A program made the translations under genes and the position numbers. Below, in pieces: positions 49,450 to 58,198 of a DNA stretch of 64,000 nucleotides (position 1 is its first letter; every line of letters begins with the position of its first letter). This DNA comes from a bacterium (GTDB lineage: Bacteria > Omnitrophota > Gorgyraeia > Aquiviventales > Aquiviventaceae), in contig DASWKB010000038.1 in NCBI GenBank assembly GCA_036396895.1, forward strand, positions 13,145 through 77,144, given 5' to 3'. Under the pieces are notes generated by a model, which was not told where the DNA came from, searched no databases, and saw only the letters and a list, made by a program, of their open reading frames with translations.

Positions 49450-50568
49450 TCAATACCGCAGGTGGTCGCTGAAGTTCGACCCGTGGACCGCCGTGTGGCA
49501 GCCCGCGCTGAAACACGTCCCTTCCGGTAGGCGACCCGCATGGCCCGAATTCCCGATGCTCGGGAAGTTGACCTGGGTGTGGCAGCGCAGGCACAGGTTC
49601 GCGTCCCGCGCGACCAGCATCTTGTCGTTGATCGAACCGTGAACCTGGTGGCACTCGGTGCATCCCTCGCGCAGCGCTTCGTGCTCGAACACGAACGGCC
49701 CTCGCTGCTCCTTGTGGCACTTGAAGCACGCCTCGTTCGTGCCGTGGAGGCTCGTCGCCGACCAGGGGCGGACGTCCGTCGCGTGCGCGTCATGGCAGTC
49801 CGCGCAGCTCATCTTGCCTTCCAGCACCGGGTGGTGGTGCGTCATCCGGAACTGCATCTTCTTGTCCGTGTGGCAGGCGAAGCACGCGTTGGGGTCCTTG
49901 CGGGGGTTGATCATTCCGCCGACGCCGCGGCCTCCGCCGGCGTCCACATGGAGGCTGCCCGGCCCATGACAAGTCTCGCATCCTTGCGCCTTGAGGCCCT
50001 CCACCTCGCCCGGAATGGCAATGCGCGCGTGCGAAGAGTGCTTGAACTCCTTGGCCTCCTTGGCGTGGCACATGGCGCAGGTCTCCGTGCCGACGTATTC
50101 CGCCTTGGGCGCCTCCTCCGCTCCGTCCTCCGCCTGCTCATCGGCCCATGCCGCCGGCATCGCCAGGGAGGCCAGATACCGGTTGACCGACCGCGGTGGC
50201 AGCGAAGATTGCGGGCTGCCGGGCAGGGAGGCGGGGTCGGACGGGTTTGTGCCGGCGTTCAGCTCCTCGCCGTTCGTCGCGCCGTCTTCGTCGGCGTCCT
50301 GATCCTCGACGGCGCGGTAGTCCTCGATCGTGAGGGCCAGGGCGTTCCCGGCCCCCTTGAGCGCCTCGAGCGCCTTGCCGTAGGCGTTCAGGTCGCCTTT
50401 CTTCCCGACCGCGCTCTCATGGCAAGCCTTGCACGTCACGGCCTTCGTGTCCGGATAGGCGGCCTTAAAACTCTTCACGTTCTGGATCGTCGCCCAAGCC
50501 GAAGGCGCCATGACGAGCCACGCCAACAAGCCTCCCACTATGCCCAGCATGCCCCGCATGTCCCGCAT
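49450..50568 (-). CDS. Multiheme c-type cytochrome (8 CxxCH + 1 CX4CH) with an N-terminal monoheme/DxDxDG Ca-binding-like domain
   Basis: Signal peptide; CKACH, then DQDADEDGATNGEE, then CAMCH, CETCH, CFACH, CADCH, CFKCH, CTECH, CLRCH, and CFSAGCH near the C-terminus. Confidence 0.7.
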   Translation of the reverse strand: MRDMRGMLGIVGGLLAWLVMAPSAWATIQNVKSFKAAYPDTKAVTCKACHESAVGKKGDLNAYGKALEALKGAGNALALTIEDYRAVEDQDADEDGATNGEELNAGTNPSDPASLPGSPQSSLPPRSVNRYLASLAMPAAWADEQAEDGAEEAPKAEYVGTETCAMCHAKEAKEFKHSSHARIAIPGEVEGLKAQGCETCHGPGSLHVDAGGGRGVGGMINPRKDPNACFACHTDKKMQFRMTHHHPVLEGKMSCADCHDAHATDVRPWSATSLHGTNEACFKCHKEQRGPFVFEHEALREGCTECHQVHGSINDKMLVARDANLCLRCHTQVNFPSIGNSGHAGRLPEGTCFSAGCHTAVHGSNFSDHLRY

Positions 50569-50618
50569 TGCTCCCCCCTCAGGCTGCATCCGCGCACCAC
50601 ACTCGGCCGTTCCTGAGC

Positions 50619-50996
50619 TTATGATGACGGCGAACCCTCCGGAGCCGACGCGGGATCGGACGGATCCGTCCCCGCCTCGAGCTCCTCGCCGTTGGTCGCG
50701 CCGTCTTCGTCAGCGTCCTGGTCCTCGACGGCGCGGTAGTCCTCGACCGTCAGGGTCAGGGCGTTCCCGGCGCCCTTGAGCGCCTCGAGCGCCTTGCCGT
50801 AGGCGTTCAGGTTTCCCTTCTTGCCGATCGCGGCCTCATGGCAGACCTTGCACGTCACGACCTTCGTGCCCGGATAGGCGTCCTTAAAACTCTTGACGTT
50901 CTGGATCGTCGCCCGGGCCGAGGGCGCCATGACGAGCGCCGCCGCGATGACGCCGAGCCCGATTACGAGACCGTGACCGATTCGCATGGCTGGTTC
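50619..50996 (-). CDS. Small secreted monoheme cytochrome c with a DxDxDG motif; tandem paralog of the N-terminal domain of the downstream multiheme cytochrome
   Basis: MRIGHGLVIGLGVIAAALVMAPSARA signal, CKVCHE, DQDADEDGATNGEE. DNA about 90% identical to 50224-50520. Confidence 0.6.
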   Translation of the reverse strand, partial: EPAMRIGHGLVIGLGVIAAALVMAPSARATIQNVKSFKDAYPGTKVVTCKVCHEAAIGKKGNLNAYGKALEALKGAGNALTLTVEDYRAVEDQDADEDGATNGEELEAGTDPSDPASAPEGSPSS

Positions 50997-52087
50997 TCCT
51001 GCGCGTCCGTCCGCCACCACCGCAGAAAATGCTCGGTCTGCCGCGACAGCATGGCGCGGCACGATGCCACGGCCCGGCGGCGGCTCGCCAGTGTCGTGTC
51101 CACGGCCGTTTGCAGATCGTCGATGTTGTAGAGCGTGACGCCCGGCATGCGGCCGACCGCCGGATCCACGTTCCTCGGCACCGAGAGATCGACGATGACG
51201 AGCGGGCGGGATCCTCGGACGGCCTGCGCCGATTCGATATCGCCGGGATCGATCACGTAGTGCGGCGCCTGCGTGCAGACGATCGCGACATCGATGTGCG
51301 CGAGATGCCGCTGGGCCTGCTCCCATGAGAGCCAACCGCCGGAGCACAACGAGGCCAGTTCCCTGGCTTTGGCCTGGGTTCGGTTGACGACCCAGACCTG
51401 GCCGATGCCCGCGGCGGTGAGATGGCGCACCGTCGTTTCCGCGGCCTTGCCCGCGCCCCACAACAGCGCATGCGCCTCGCCGAGACGCTCGCCGAAGAGC
51501 CGGCGGAGGAGCCCCGCCACCACGGACCCGATCGACCCCGGACCGCCGTTCACGGCCGTGCGCGTGCGGATCAGCTTGGCGGCATGGAGGGCCTTTTGGA
51601 AGAGCCGGTTCAGGAGCATGCCGGTGGCACCGGCGTCCTGCGCGGTGAGGTAGGCCTGCTTGACCTGCGCGGCGATCTCGGACTCGCCCAGCACCATGGA
51701 GTCCAACCCTGAGGCCACCTGGAACAGGTGGGACACGGCGTCGTGGTTCGCGCGCCGGACCAGCGCCGCCTCGAGCCGGGCCGGTTCCGCTCCGGCCCGG
51801 GCCGCGAACATCTCGCACGCCGCGCGGGCGGCCGCATCGGGATCAGTCCCTGCCAGATAGCATTCGACGCGGTTGCACGTCGAGAGCACCACGGCCTCGT
51901 CGATGGCCGCCGATGCGCACAGCGCGCGGAGCGCATCGGGCAGCTCGCGGGGGTGGAAGGCCAGCCGGTCGCGCAGATCGAGCCCCGTGCCGCGGTAGTG
52001 CACCCCCACCACCGCGAGCGCCCGCGCCCGCGCCGAGGAGGAAGGCGCCGCGCCAGCAATGGGCTGGATGTGGTCTGTCTGCGCAGT
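50963..52087 (-). CDS. hemA: Glutamyl-tRNA reductase
   Basis: …VLSTCNRVECY…, a C-terminal NAD-binding and dimerization region, about 375 aa from MTAQTDHIQP. Confidence 0.85.
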   Translation of the reverse strand, partial: TAQTDHIQPIAGAAPSSSARARALAVVGVHYRGTGLDLRDRLAFHPRELPDALRALCASAAIDEAVVLSTCNRVECYLAGTDPDAAARAACEMFAARAGAEPARLEAALVRRANHDAVSHLFQVASGLDSMVLGESEIAAQVKQAYLTAQDAGATGMLLNRLFQKALHAAKLIRTRTAVNGGPGSIGSVVAGLLRRLFGERLGEAHALLWGAGKAAETTVRHLTAAGIGQVWVVNRTQAKARELASLCSGGWLSWEQAQRHLAHIDVAIVCTQAPHYVIDPGDIESAQAVRGSRPLVIVDLSVPRNVDPAVGRMPGVTLYNIDDLQTAVDTTLASRRRAVASCRAMLSRQTEHFLRWWRTDAQENQPCESVTVS

Positions 52088-52207
52088 CATGGACGGATTG
52101 GGAGAATTATAGTCCCGCCTCTCGGCCGGCGCTAGGATGGAATTGTGCTCGAAGGGCATGCCTGATCTATCCAGATACGTCGAGTATTCGAAGACAGGAC
52201 ATCCGTC

Positions 52208-52567
52208 TCAGTTCCGCTCCGTCAGGCACGGGAACCCGGCGCTCCGGCCCCCGTGCCGGGCGCAGCAGGGAAACGTCCCGGTCAGCCGGTACCGGACGCA
52301 TTGCCCTTCCCTGATGGCCTCGACCAGCCCCGCCGCGCGCAAGATCGCCAGATGGTGCGACACGCGCGCGGGTCTCACGCGCAGGCGCCTCGCCAGCTCG
52401 CCCACATGCTCGCTGCGCGACAGCAGGGCGCGCACGAGCCCAAACCGGATCGGATCTCCCATCGCCTGGAACAGGATCACGCACGCCTCCGGCGTCCGGG
52501 GAGCCTGGGCCTGCCAGCCGCTGCCGTTGTTGACGGCCGATTCAACTTCGCGTCGGGATCGCCTCAT
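52208..52567 (-). CDS. ArsR/SmtB family transcriptional regulator
   Basis: …LFQAMGDPIRFGLVRALLSRSEHVGELARRLRVRPARVSHHLAILRAAGLV… (winged HTH). Confidence 0.7.
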   Translation of the reverse strand: MRRSRREVESAVNNGSGWQAQAPRTPEACVILFQAMGDPIRFGLVRALLSRSEHVGELARRLRVRPARVSHHLAILRAAGLVEAIREGQCVRYRLTGTFPCCARHGGRSAGFPCLTERN

Positions 52568-53162
52568 TCAGCGCATCCAGCAGCTGGTCGATCCGCATGC
52601 CATAGCACCACGCGACCTCCTCGAGCGTCGCGCTGCCGTGCCAGCGCCGATTGACCCGCAGCGCATCGACCACCGCGGCGAGCTCCGGAAACCGGCGCAG
52701 CGTCGCGTTCAGCGTGGCGTCCTTCGTGATGGGCCACACGGCCGCCGCCCCCGCGGGCGGCAGCTGCTCCAACAGCGGGAACAGCAGATCGTGCTCCCGT
52801 TGGGTGTGAACCCGGTAGAGCGCGAGGAAATGCTCCGCGAACGTCGTGAACGACTCCTGGCCCGGCATGACGCCGCCTCTGGCCAGCGCCTTCAGGACCG
52901 TCAGCGATTCCAGCAGATCCCGGTGCTCCGCCAGCAGCACTTCGATCAGCGCGGGATCCGCCTGGCCCGAGGCCCGAAACGGCACGTAGAACTGCCGCTC
53001 TTCCTGCGCGATATGCTCGGTGAGCCTGACCGCGCAGGCGTCGAGAAACGGGAGCAGATCTTCCGGCGGCACCCGCATATGCGATGTCACCCACAGATCG
53101 AGATGGGCCAGCGTCGCGTCAAGCAACTCATGGTCGTCATGCAGCCATGCGAGCCGATTCAT
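52542..53162 (-). CDS. Hemerythrin HHE domain + C-terminal DUF1858 protein (second paralog)
   Basis: HDDHELL, TEHIAQEE and EHRDLLE motifs, plus C-terminal …LRRFPELAAVVDALRVNRRWHGSATLEEVAWCYGM…. Confidence 0.6.
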   Translation of the reverse strand: MNRLAWLHDDHELLDATLAHLDLWVTSHMRVPPEDLLPFLDACAVRLTEHIAQEERQFYVPFRASGQADPALIEVLLAEHRDLLESLTVLKALARGGVMPGQESFTTFAEHFLALYRVHTQREHDLLFPLLEQLPPAGAAAVWPITKDATLNATLRRFPELAAVVDALRVNRRWHGSATLEEVAWCYGMRIDQLLDALNEAIPTRS

Positions 53163-53283
53163 GCTCCGGAGCTCGTCCAGGACGGTGCCCGGCTTGTCGT
53201 GTTGTGTCGAACGCTCGAACGGGCTCCCGGCTCTACGGTAGCGGGAATCCCGGATGGCCTTCTATGACGTGACGCATGTTCGT

Positions 53284-54519
53284 TCAACATCGCTCCAGCC
53301 GCACCGTTGCCTCCGCGTGCGCGGACTCGAACGCCCCGGCATCGGGGGCCCGGAGCAATCGCGGAAGCGCGAACCACAGCCAAGCCAGCGCGCCCAGCAG
53401 CCAGGCGCCTGCCGCCGTGCCCAGCGCATGGAAATAGCCGGCGGGCACGAGATCCGCGCACAGCCGCGCGATCAGCGCCGCGCCCAGCGCGACCCCGAGC
53501 AGGCGAATGATCCACAGCGGGTTGCGAAGGCGCAACCCTTCCCCGCTGTGGCTCATCACCACCATCGTGGCGACCGCAAACGCCATCAGGCTGAACCCGC
53601 CCAAAAACACCACGTGCAGCATCGCAACCCGGTACGCCGGCTGCCACGCCGCCGCCCACAAGCCTCCCATGATGGCCCACAGCGACACCCACACCAGCCG
53701 CGCATAGCCCTCGGGAACCGCCGGAGGCCTCCAGCACTGCGTGGTCCAGGCCAGCTCCGCCGTGACCACCGCCGCCCGCAGCGCATAGGCCGGACGGATC
53801 ATGCCTGCGCCTTCCAGCACGCCGCTCGCCGCCAGCGACGCGCCGGCGGCCGCGTGCGCGGCCATCCGCACGCCGGGCCGGGTCCACCATCGGGGATCAC
53901 CCGGATCGACGCGGACCGGCAGCCCGCCCCGTCCGAGCAGCCTGGGCGCCATGAAGCCGGCGACGCCGACGACGATGGACAGCAGGAATCCCTGCTGAGC
54001 CAGCACGCGCCCCGTGCCGCTCACCCACACCGGGGCGCCCCCCAGCTCCCGGGCCATCATCATCCCGGCTCCCGCGATGCCCAACAGCAGGCCGATCGGG
54101 ATCCAAACGAACTCCGCCGGCGCATCGCCGCCGCGCCGCGCCGCCACCCGGCGCGCGGCGAACGCGCCCAACTGAACGAGCAGCGCGATGAAACACGCCA
54201 GCGACGCGGCCCACCAGCCGAATGACAGGCACAGCACGTATCCCGCCAGCGCCGCCAGGGCGCCCGCCAATTCCGCGGTGGAGGCGGGCGGCGTTGACGA
54301 GAACCGCGGAAGCGCGGTCATGAGGAAGCCGGCGATGAAGCCGTACATGTAGCCGCCGACTTGAAGGAACGCGTGAAAGGAACCGGATGAGGCCTCGGTC
54401 CATCGGGCCGCGTACGCGAGCCAGTGGCCGACGCCGAGGCAGCCCAGCAGCGTGCCGATGGGAAACAGGACCCGAAAGGGCTCCCGCTTCGCCTGGGTCC
54501 AGGTGATCATCCCGCGCAC
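53284..54519 (-). CDS. NnrS-like polytopic membrane protein (heme-copper membrane protein family linked to NO response)
   Basis: 411 aa, about 12 TM helices with multiple His in the helices. Family assignment from overall architecture only. Confidence 0.45.
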   Translation of the reverse strand: MRGMITWTQAKREPFRVLFPIGTLLGCLGVGHWLAYAARWTEASSGSFHAFLQVGGYMYGFIAGFLMTALPRFSSTPPASTAELAGALAALAGYVLCLSFGWWAASLACFIALLVQLGAFAARRVAARRGGDAPAEFVWIPIGLLLGIAGAGMMMARELGGAPVWVSGTGRVLAQQGFLLSIVVGVAGFMAPRLLGRGGLPVRVDPGDPRWWTRPGVRMAAHAAAGASLAASGVLEGAGMIRPAYALRAAVVTAELAWTTQCWRPPAVPEGYARLVWVSLWAIMGGLWAAAWQPAYRVAMLHVVFLGGFSLMAFAVATMVVMSHSGEGLRLRNPLWIIRLLGVALGAALIARLCADLVPAGYFHALGTAAGAWLLGALAWLWFALPRLLRAPDAGAFESAHAEATVRLERC

Positions 54520-55655
54520 GAGGCCGGCTGTCCGGCCTGGACGCGCGGCACATAGGCGCAGCCCGGCTCTTCCGCGAGATAATCGCCGGTCGTCGCGTAG
54601 GCGCGCGCGCGGGAGCCGCCGCAGGCGTCCCGGTACTCGCAGATCCCGCAGCGGCCGCCCAGGCGGTCGGGATCGCGAAGCGCCCGGAACACCGGCGAGT
54701 CGCGGTACACGTCCGCCAGCCGGTGGCGGCGCACGTTGCCGGCCGCCAGCGGCAGAAACCCGCTCGGATAGATCTCCCCGTGGTACGAGATGAACAGGTG
54801 GCCTTTGCCCGCGTTGATCGGCTGCGGGGCCTGGCCGATCGTCCCCATCGGCCCGATCGCGCGCCGCAGCGCCTCAGGCAACGCCGCATCCGAGGCCGAG
54901 GGACGCCGGGCGGCCGCCGGCTCGCGCTGCATGACGTAACGGCGGAAGTGGGGGGCTTCGGTGATCTTGACGATGAACGGCGCGCGGCGTGTCAGCGCGT
55001 AGAGCTTCGCGAAGACCCGTTCGAATTCCTCGGGCGCGAGCCCCTCCACCTGGTTGCCCCGGCCCACCGGCACGAGGAAGAACACCTCCCAGAATACGAT
55101 CCCGAGGCGCTCGATCAGCTCGATCATCGCGTCGGCGTCCTCGAGGTTGCGCCGGCTGAAGACGGTGTTGATCTGGACGGCGAGCTTGGCCTCGTGCGCC
55201 CACTGCACGGCGTCCATGGTCTTGCGGAACGCGCCCGGCACGCCCCGGAACGCGTCGTGCGCGCCGGGGGTGCTCGCATCCAGGCTCAGCGCCATCTGAT
55301 CGAGCCCCGTGTCCTTCAGCGACGCGACGACGGACCGGGTCAGCTTCGCGGTCGCGGCCGGAATCGTGCCGACGCGCCGTCCGCGCGCTTTGGCGCGCCG
55401 GATCAGCTCGAAGAGATCGGGCCGCTTGAGCGGATCGCCGCCGCTGAGGACCAGGATCGGGGTGCCGAGGGCCGCGATCTCATCGATCAGCGCCAGCCCC
55501 TCTTCGGGCGTCAGCTCTCCGGGCAGCGGGTTCGGCTGGGCGGCGGCGCGGCAGTGCGCGCAGGCGAGGTCGCAGGCTTGCGTGGTTTCCCAAATGACGA
55601 TGAAGGGCGTCCGGGCGAGGTCGAGCGCGCGCGCGTGGGCGTGGGGCGGCGTGGT
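54507..55655 (-). CDS. Radical SAM / SPASM-domain enzyme (NirJ/AhbD/MftC-like subfamily)
   Basis: IWETTQACDLACAHC (CX3CX2C) and a C-terminal auxiliary-cluster Cys region CGICEYRDACGG. The start is probably the Met of MTTPPHAHARA…. Confidence 0.7.
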   Translation of the reverse strand, partial: TTPPHAHARALDLARTPFIVIWETTQACDLACAHCRAAAQPNPLPGELTPEEGLALIDEIAALGTPILVLSGGDPLKRPDLFELIRRAKARGRRVGTIPAATAKLTRSVVASLKDTGLDQMALSLDASTPGAHDAFRGVPGAFRKTMDAVQWAHEAKLAVQINTVFSRRNLEDADAMIELIERLGIVFWEVFFLVPVGRGNQVEGLAPEEFERVFAKLYALTRRAPFIVKITEAPHFRRYVMQREPAAARRPSASDAALPEALRRAIGPMGTIGQAPQPINAGKGHLFISYHGEIYPSGFLPLAAGNVRRHRLADVYRDSPVFRALRDPDRLGGRCGICEYRDACGGSRARAYATTGDYLAEEPGCAYVPRVQAGQPASCAG

Positions 55656-55903
55656 CATGCGCCTGGCGTCCCGGGCGGCGCGGGAACCACGCCGGAGACC
55701 GGCAGCGCGTCGAACGGCCACGCCCCGCCGTCGGTCGTGAAGACGCAGTCCACGCGGAAGCAGGCGGGATCCTTATCGAGGCAGTTGACCACTCTCCACT
55801 TCCCTGGCGCGTGCTGCAGCAGGATCGCCCAGACGCTGCGCTGCGTCAGCGCGCACGTGCACGGCAGGTATTTCACCTCGCCCCGGTCCGCCTCACTCAT
55901 CAC
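55655..55903 (-). CDS. Small Cys-containing hypothetical protein (82 aa) translationally coupled to the radical SAM/SPASM gene
   Basis: VKYLPCTCALTQRSVWAILLQHAPGKWRVVNCLDKDPACFRVDCVF; its stop overlaps the rSAM start; lies immediately downstream of GGAATKC element copy 3. Confidence 0.35.
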   Translation of the reverse strand: MMSEADRGEVKYLPCTCALTQRSVWAILLQHAPGKWRVVNCLDKDPACFRVDCVFTTDGGAWPFDALPVSGVVPAPPGTPGA

Positions 55904-55913
55904 TGTGCCTCCC

Positions 55914-55996
55914 GTGCCAAATGTGGAATTCGGAATTGGGAATTCGGAATGTGCTCCCGGTTTTCAATTCCGCATTCCGCATTCCGCATTTGGCAC
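55914..55996. repeat. Heptamer-array hairpin element, GGAATKC family, copy 3
   Basis: gtgccaaatgtggaattcggaattgggaattcggaatg tgctcccggtttt caattccgcattccgcattccgcatttggcac. Confidence 0.7.
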
Positions 55997-56045
55997 ACCG
56001 CATGCCCATGCACCTTGAATCTTCCTTGACGTGAGCCTGATGCAG

Positions 56046-57788
56046 TTAGCCGGCGCACTCGCCCTTCCCCATCCCTCCCAAGGAGAAGTCCTCCGTGTGC
56101 CCCCAGTCGCGGAACGCCTCAGGGTCTTCCGGGTTGGGTTCGAACACGGCGAACGGGGCCAGCGCGCGCTCGATCGGCGCCGTGCCGGCGCGTTCCACGC
56201 AGGCCCGGAACGATTCCCCGTCGGTCCGCTCGCGCCGGTACCAGGCCAGCAGCGCCTCGACGGCCTGCGGGACCCGCCGCGCCGGCAGCCGCGCCACCGT
56301 CTGCCCGAATGACGCTTCGCCGTCCCCGCATCCGCCGCCGACCAGCACCTGATAGAACGGCACCGGGCGGCCCGCCACGTTCCGGCTCGACCCGAACATG
56401 CCGATGTCGGCGATATGATGCTGGCCGCAGGAATTCGGGCAGCCGGAGAGCTTGATCCGGAGCGCTTGGAGGTCGTCGGTCTTGTACTCCGGAGCGTCGA
56501 GCGTGTCCGCCAGCGCCGTCGCCAGGCCGCGCGAGGCGGTAATGCCGATCTGGCAGGTGTCCGCGCCCGGGCAGGACGTGATGTCCTGAATCCGCTCCGC
56601 GTCGGCGCGCCCGAGCCCGAGCGGGACGAGCACCGCGTACAGCGACGGCAGATCCTCTTCCCTAACCCAGGGCAGGCACACGTCCTGCCACGGCGTCGTG
56701 ACGACCCGCCCGCCGGAGAACCGGCGCGCCGCGTCCGCGAGACCCCGCAGCTGGGGCACCGACAGATCACCCAGGAGCAGCCGCACGGTGACCATCGCGA
56801 CGCCCGGCTGGCGCTGGGGCTGCGCGTTCGTCTTGACCCACCGGACATACCCCGCGGCGCCCTCCGCCCGGATGGCGCGGCCGCCGCCGCGCCCGTTCGT
56901 TGGGATCGCCGGCTCCGGCAGCAACGGGAACCGCTCCGGGCGCGCGTGCAGCTCGTCGCGCCGAGCGAACACGCGGCGGCGGAACTCCTCGATGCCGATC
57001 GAGCTCAGCAGGAACTTCATCCTGGCGCGCTGGCGGTTCTTTCGCTCACCGTCGCGGTTGAACACCGCAAGGACGGCCTCCATCGTCGGCAGGAGCTCCG
57101 CCAGCGGCGTCCACGGCTCCAGGAGATCCGCCGGGCGCGGGAGCGCCCCGAGCCCCCCGCCGACGTACAGCCGGAATCCGGGCCGGCCCTGATCCAGCGC
57201 CGCGATCACCCCGATGTCATGGATCGCCGCCATCGCCCGGTCGTGCCGGCAGCCGGAGAAGCTCATCTTGAACTTGCGGGGAAGCTCCTGCGTGTCCGGG
57301 TGCCTGAGGAAATACGTGGTCGCGGCCAGCACGTACGGCGCCACGTCGAAGACCTCATCGGGGCAGAGCCCGGTGAACGGGCACGCGGTGATGTTCCTGA
57401 CGCTGTTGCCGCACGCCTCCCGCGTGGTGAGGCCGACATCCGCCAGCTCCGCCAGCAGGTCCGGCACCCGCGGCAGGGGCACCTCGTAGAGCTGGAAGTC
57501 CTGCCGGGTCGTCACGTGCGCCCTGCCGGTCGCGTAGGCCTCCGCGAGCGCCGCGACCCGCTCGCACTGCCCGGCGTTGAGCCAGCCGCCTGGCACTTTG
57601 ATGCGGACCATCTGGCGGTCGCGCAGCGCGCGGATGCCGTAGATCCCGAGCTGCAGCCGGCACTTCTTGAAGTCATCCGCGGAGAGCGACCCGTCGAGGT
57701 ACTGGCGGATGCGGCCCCGGAACTCGTCCAGTTCCGCCGGGTTCCCCGGCAGCGTCACGATGGGTGTCGTCGGCTGTGTCTGCTGCAT
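56046..57788 (-). CDS. Ferredoxin-dependent sulfite/nitrite reductase (siroheme + 4Fe-4S; NirA/Sir family)
   Basis: Two NiR/SiR repeats and the cluster motif SGCPNSCGQHH…; 580 aa. Confidence 0.85.
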   Translation of the reverse strand: MQQTQPTTPIVTLPGNPAELDEFRGRIRQYLDGSLSADDFKKCRLQLGIYGIRALRDRQMVRIKVPGGWLNAGQCERVAALAEAYATGRAHVTTRQDFQLYEVPLPRVPDLLAELADVGLTTREACGNSVRNITACPFTGLCPDEVFDVAPYVLAATTYFLRHPDTQELPRKFKMSFSGCRHDRAMAAIHDIGVIAALDQGRPGFRLYVGGGLGALPRPADLLEPWTPLAELLPTMEAVLAVFNRDGERKNRQRARMKFLLSSIGIEEFRRRVFARRDELHARPERFPLLPEPAIPTNGRGGGRAIRAEGAAGYVRWVKTNAQPQRQPGVAMVTVRLLLGDLSVPQLRGLADAARRFSGGRVVTTPWQDVCLPWVREEDLPSLYAVLVPLGLGRADAERIQDITSCPGADTCQIGITASRGLATALADTLDAPEYKTDDLQALRIKLSGCPNSCGQHHIADIGMFGSSRNVAGRPVPFYQVLVGGGCGDGEASFGQTVARLPARRVPQAVEALLAWYRRERTDGESFRACVERAGTAPIERALAPFAVFEPNPEDPEAFRDWGHTEDFSLGGMGKGECAG

Positions 57789-57851
57789 CGCGGTGCTCCT
57801 TCCCCTGGTTCGAAGTCTGACAGGCTTCTGTGCGCTCGTCGATGACCGACG

Positions 57852-58103
57852 TCAGATGCCCATGCCGTCTTTCTGCCACGTCGTCATCTCCCGCCGGTGC
57901 GCGAACAGGAACCGGTCGATCGCCTCGAGCACCGCGCGGCTCCGCGGCGCCGTCTCCTGGCGCTCCCAGCGGCTGAGCGTCGAATAGCTCACGCCCAGCT
58001 GATGGGCGCAGGCCTCCTCGGACCAGCCCATCTGCCTGCGGAGCCGCTTCAGCGCCTCCAGCCGTTCCCTGACTGTCTGGATTCCGGATACACTCATGTG
58101 CAA
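57852..58103 (-). CDS. XRE-family helix-turn-helix transcriptional regulator (small)
   Basis: …QMGWSEEACAHQLGVSYSTLSRWERQETAP… (HTH_XRE). Confidence 0.55.
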   Translation of the reverse strand: MHMSVSGIQTVRERLEALKRLRRQMGWSEEACAHQLGVSYSTLSRWERQETAPRSRAVLEAIDRFLFAHRREMTTWQKDGMGI

Positions 58104-58198
58104 ATGCTACAGCATCTGCACAGATCCGTTCCATGACATCCGTCATATTCGTCAACAAAGCCGGCCTGGGGCTGGAACGGGGCGGGGGGCGGGGACGT

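Noticed and set aside
54507-55655. Assigning the SPASM enzyme specifically as AhbD heme synthase
   Set aside because: The window encodes classical hemE and hemY genes, and no ahbABC genes were seen. The motif match is shared by the NirJ, MftC, PqqE and anSME subfamilies.
55964-56848. 294-aa minus-strand ORF overlapping the sulfite/nitrite reductase gene
   Set aside because: It is an Arg/Ser/Gly-rich out-of-frame overlap with a well-supported CDS. Not coding.
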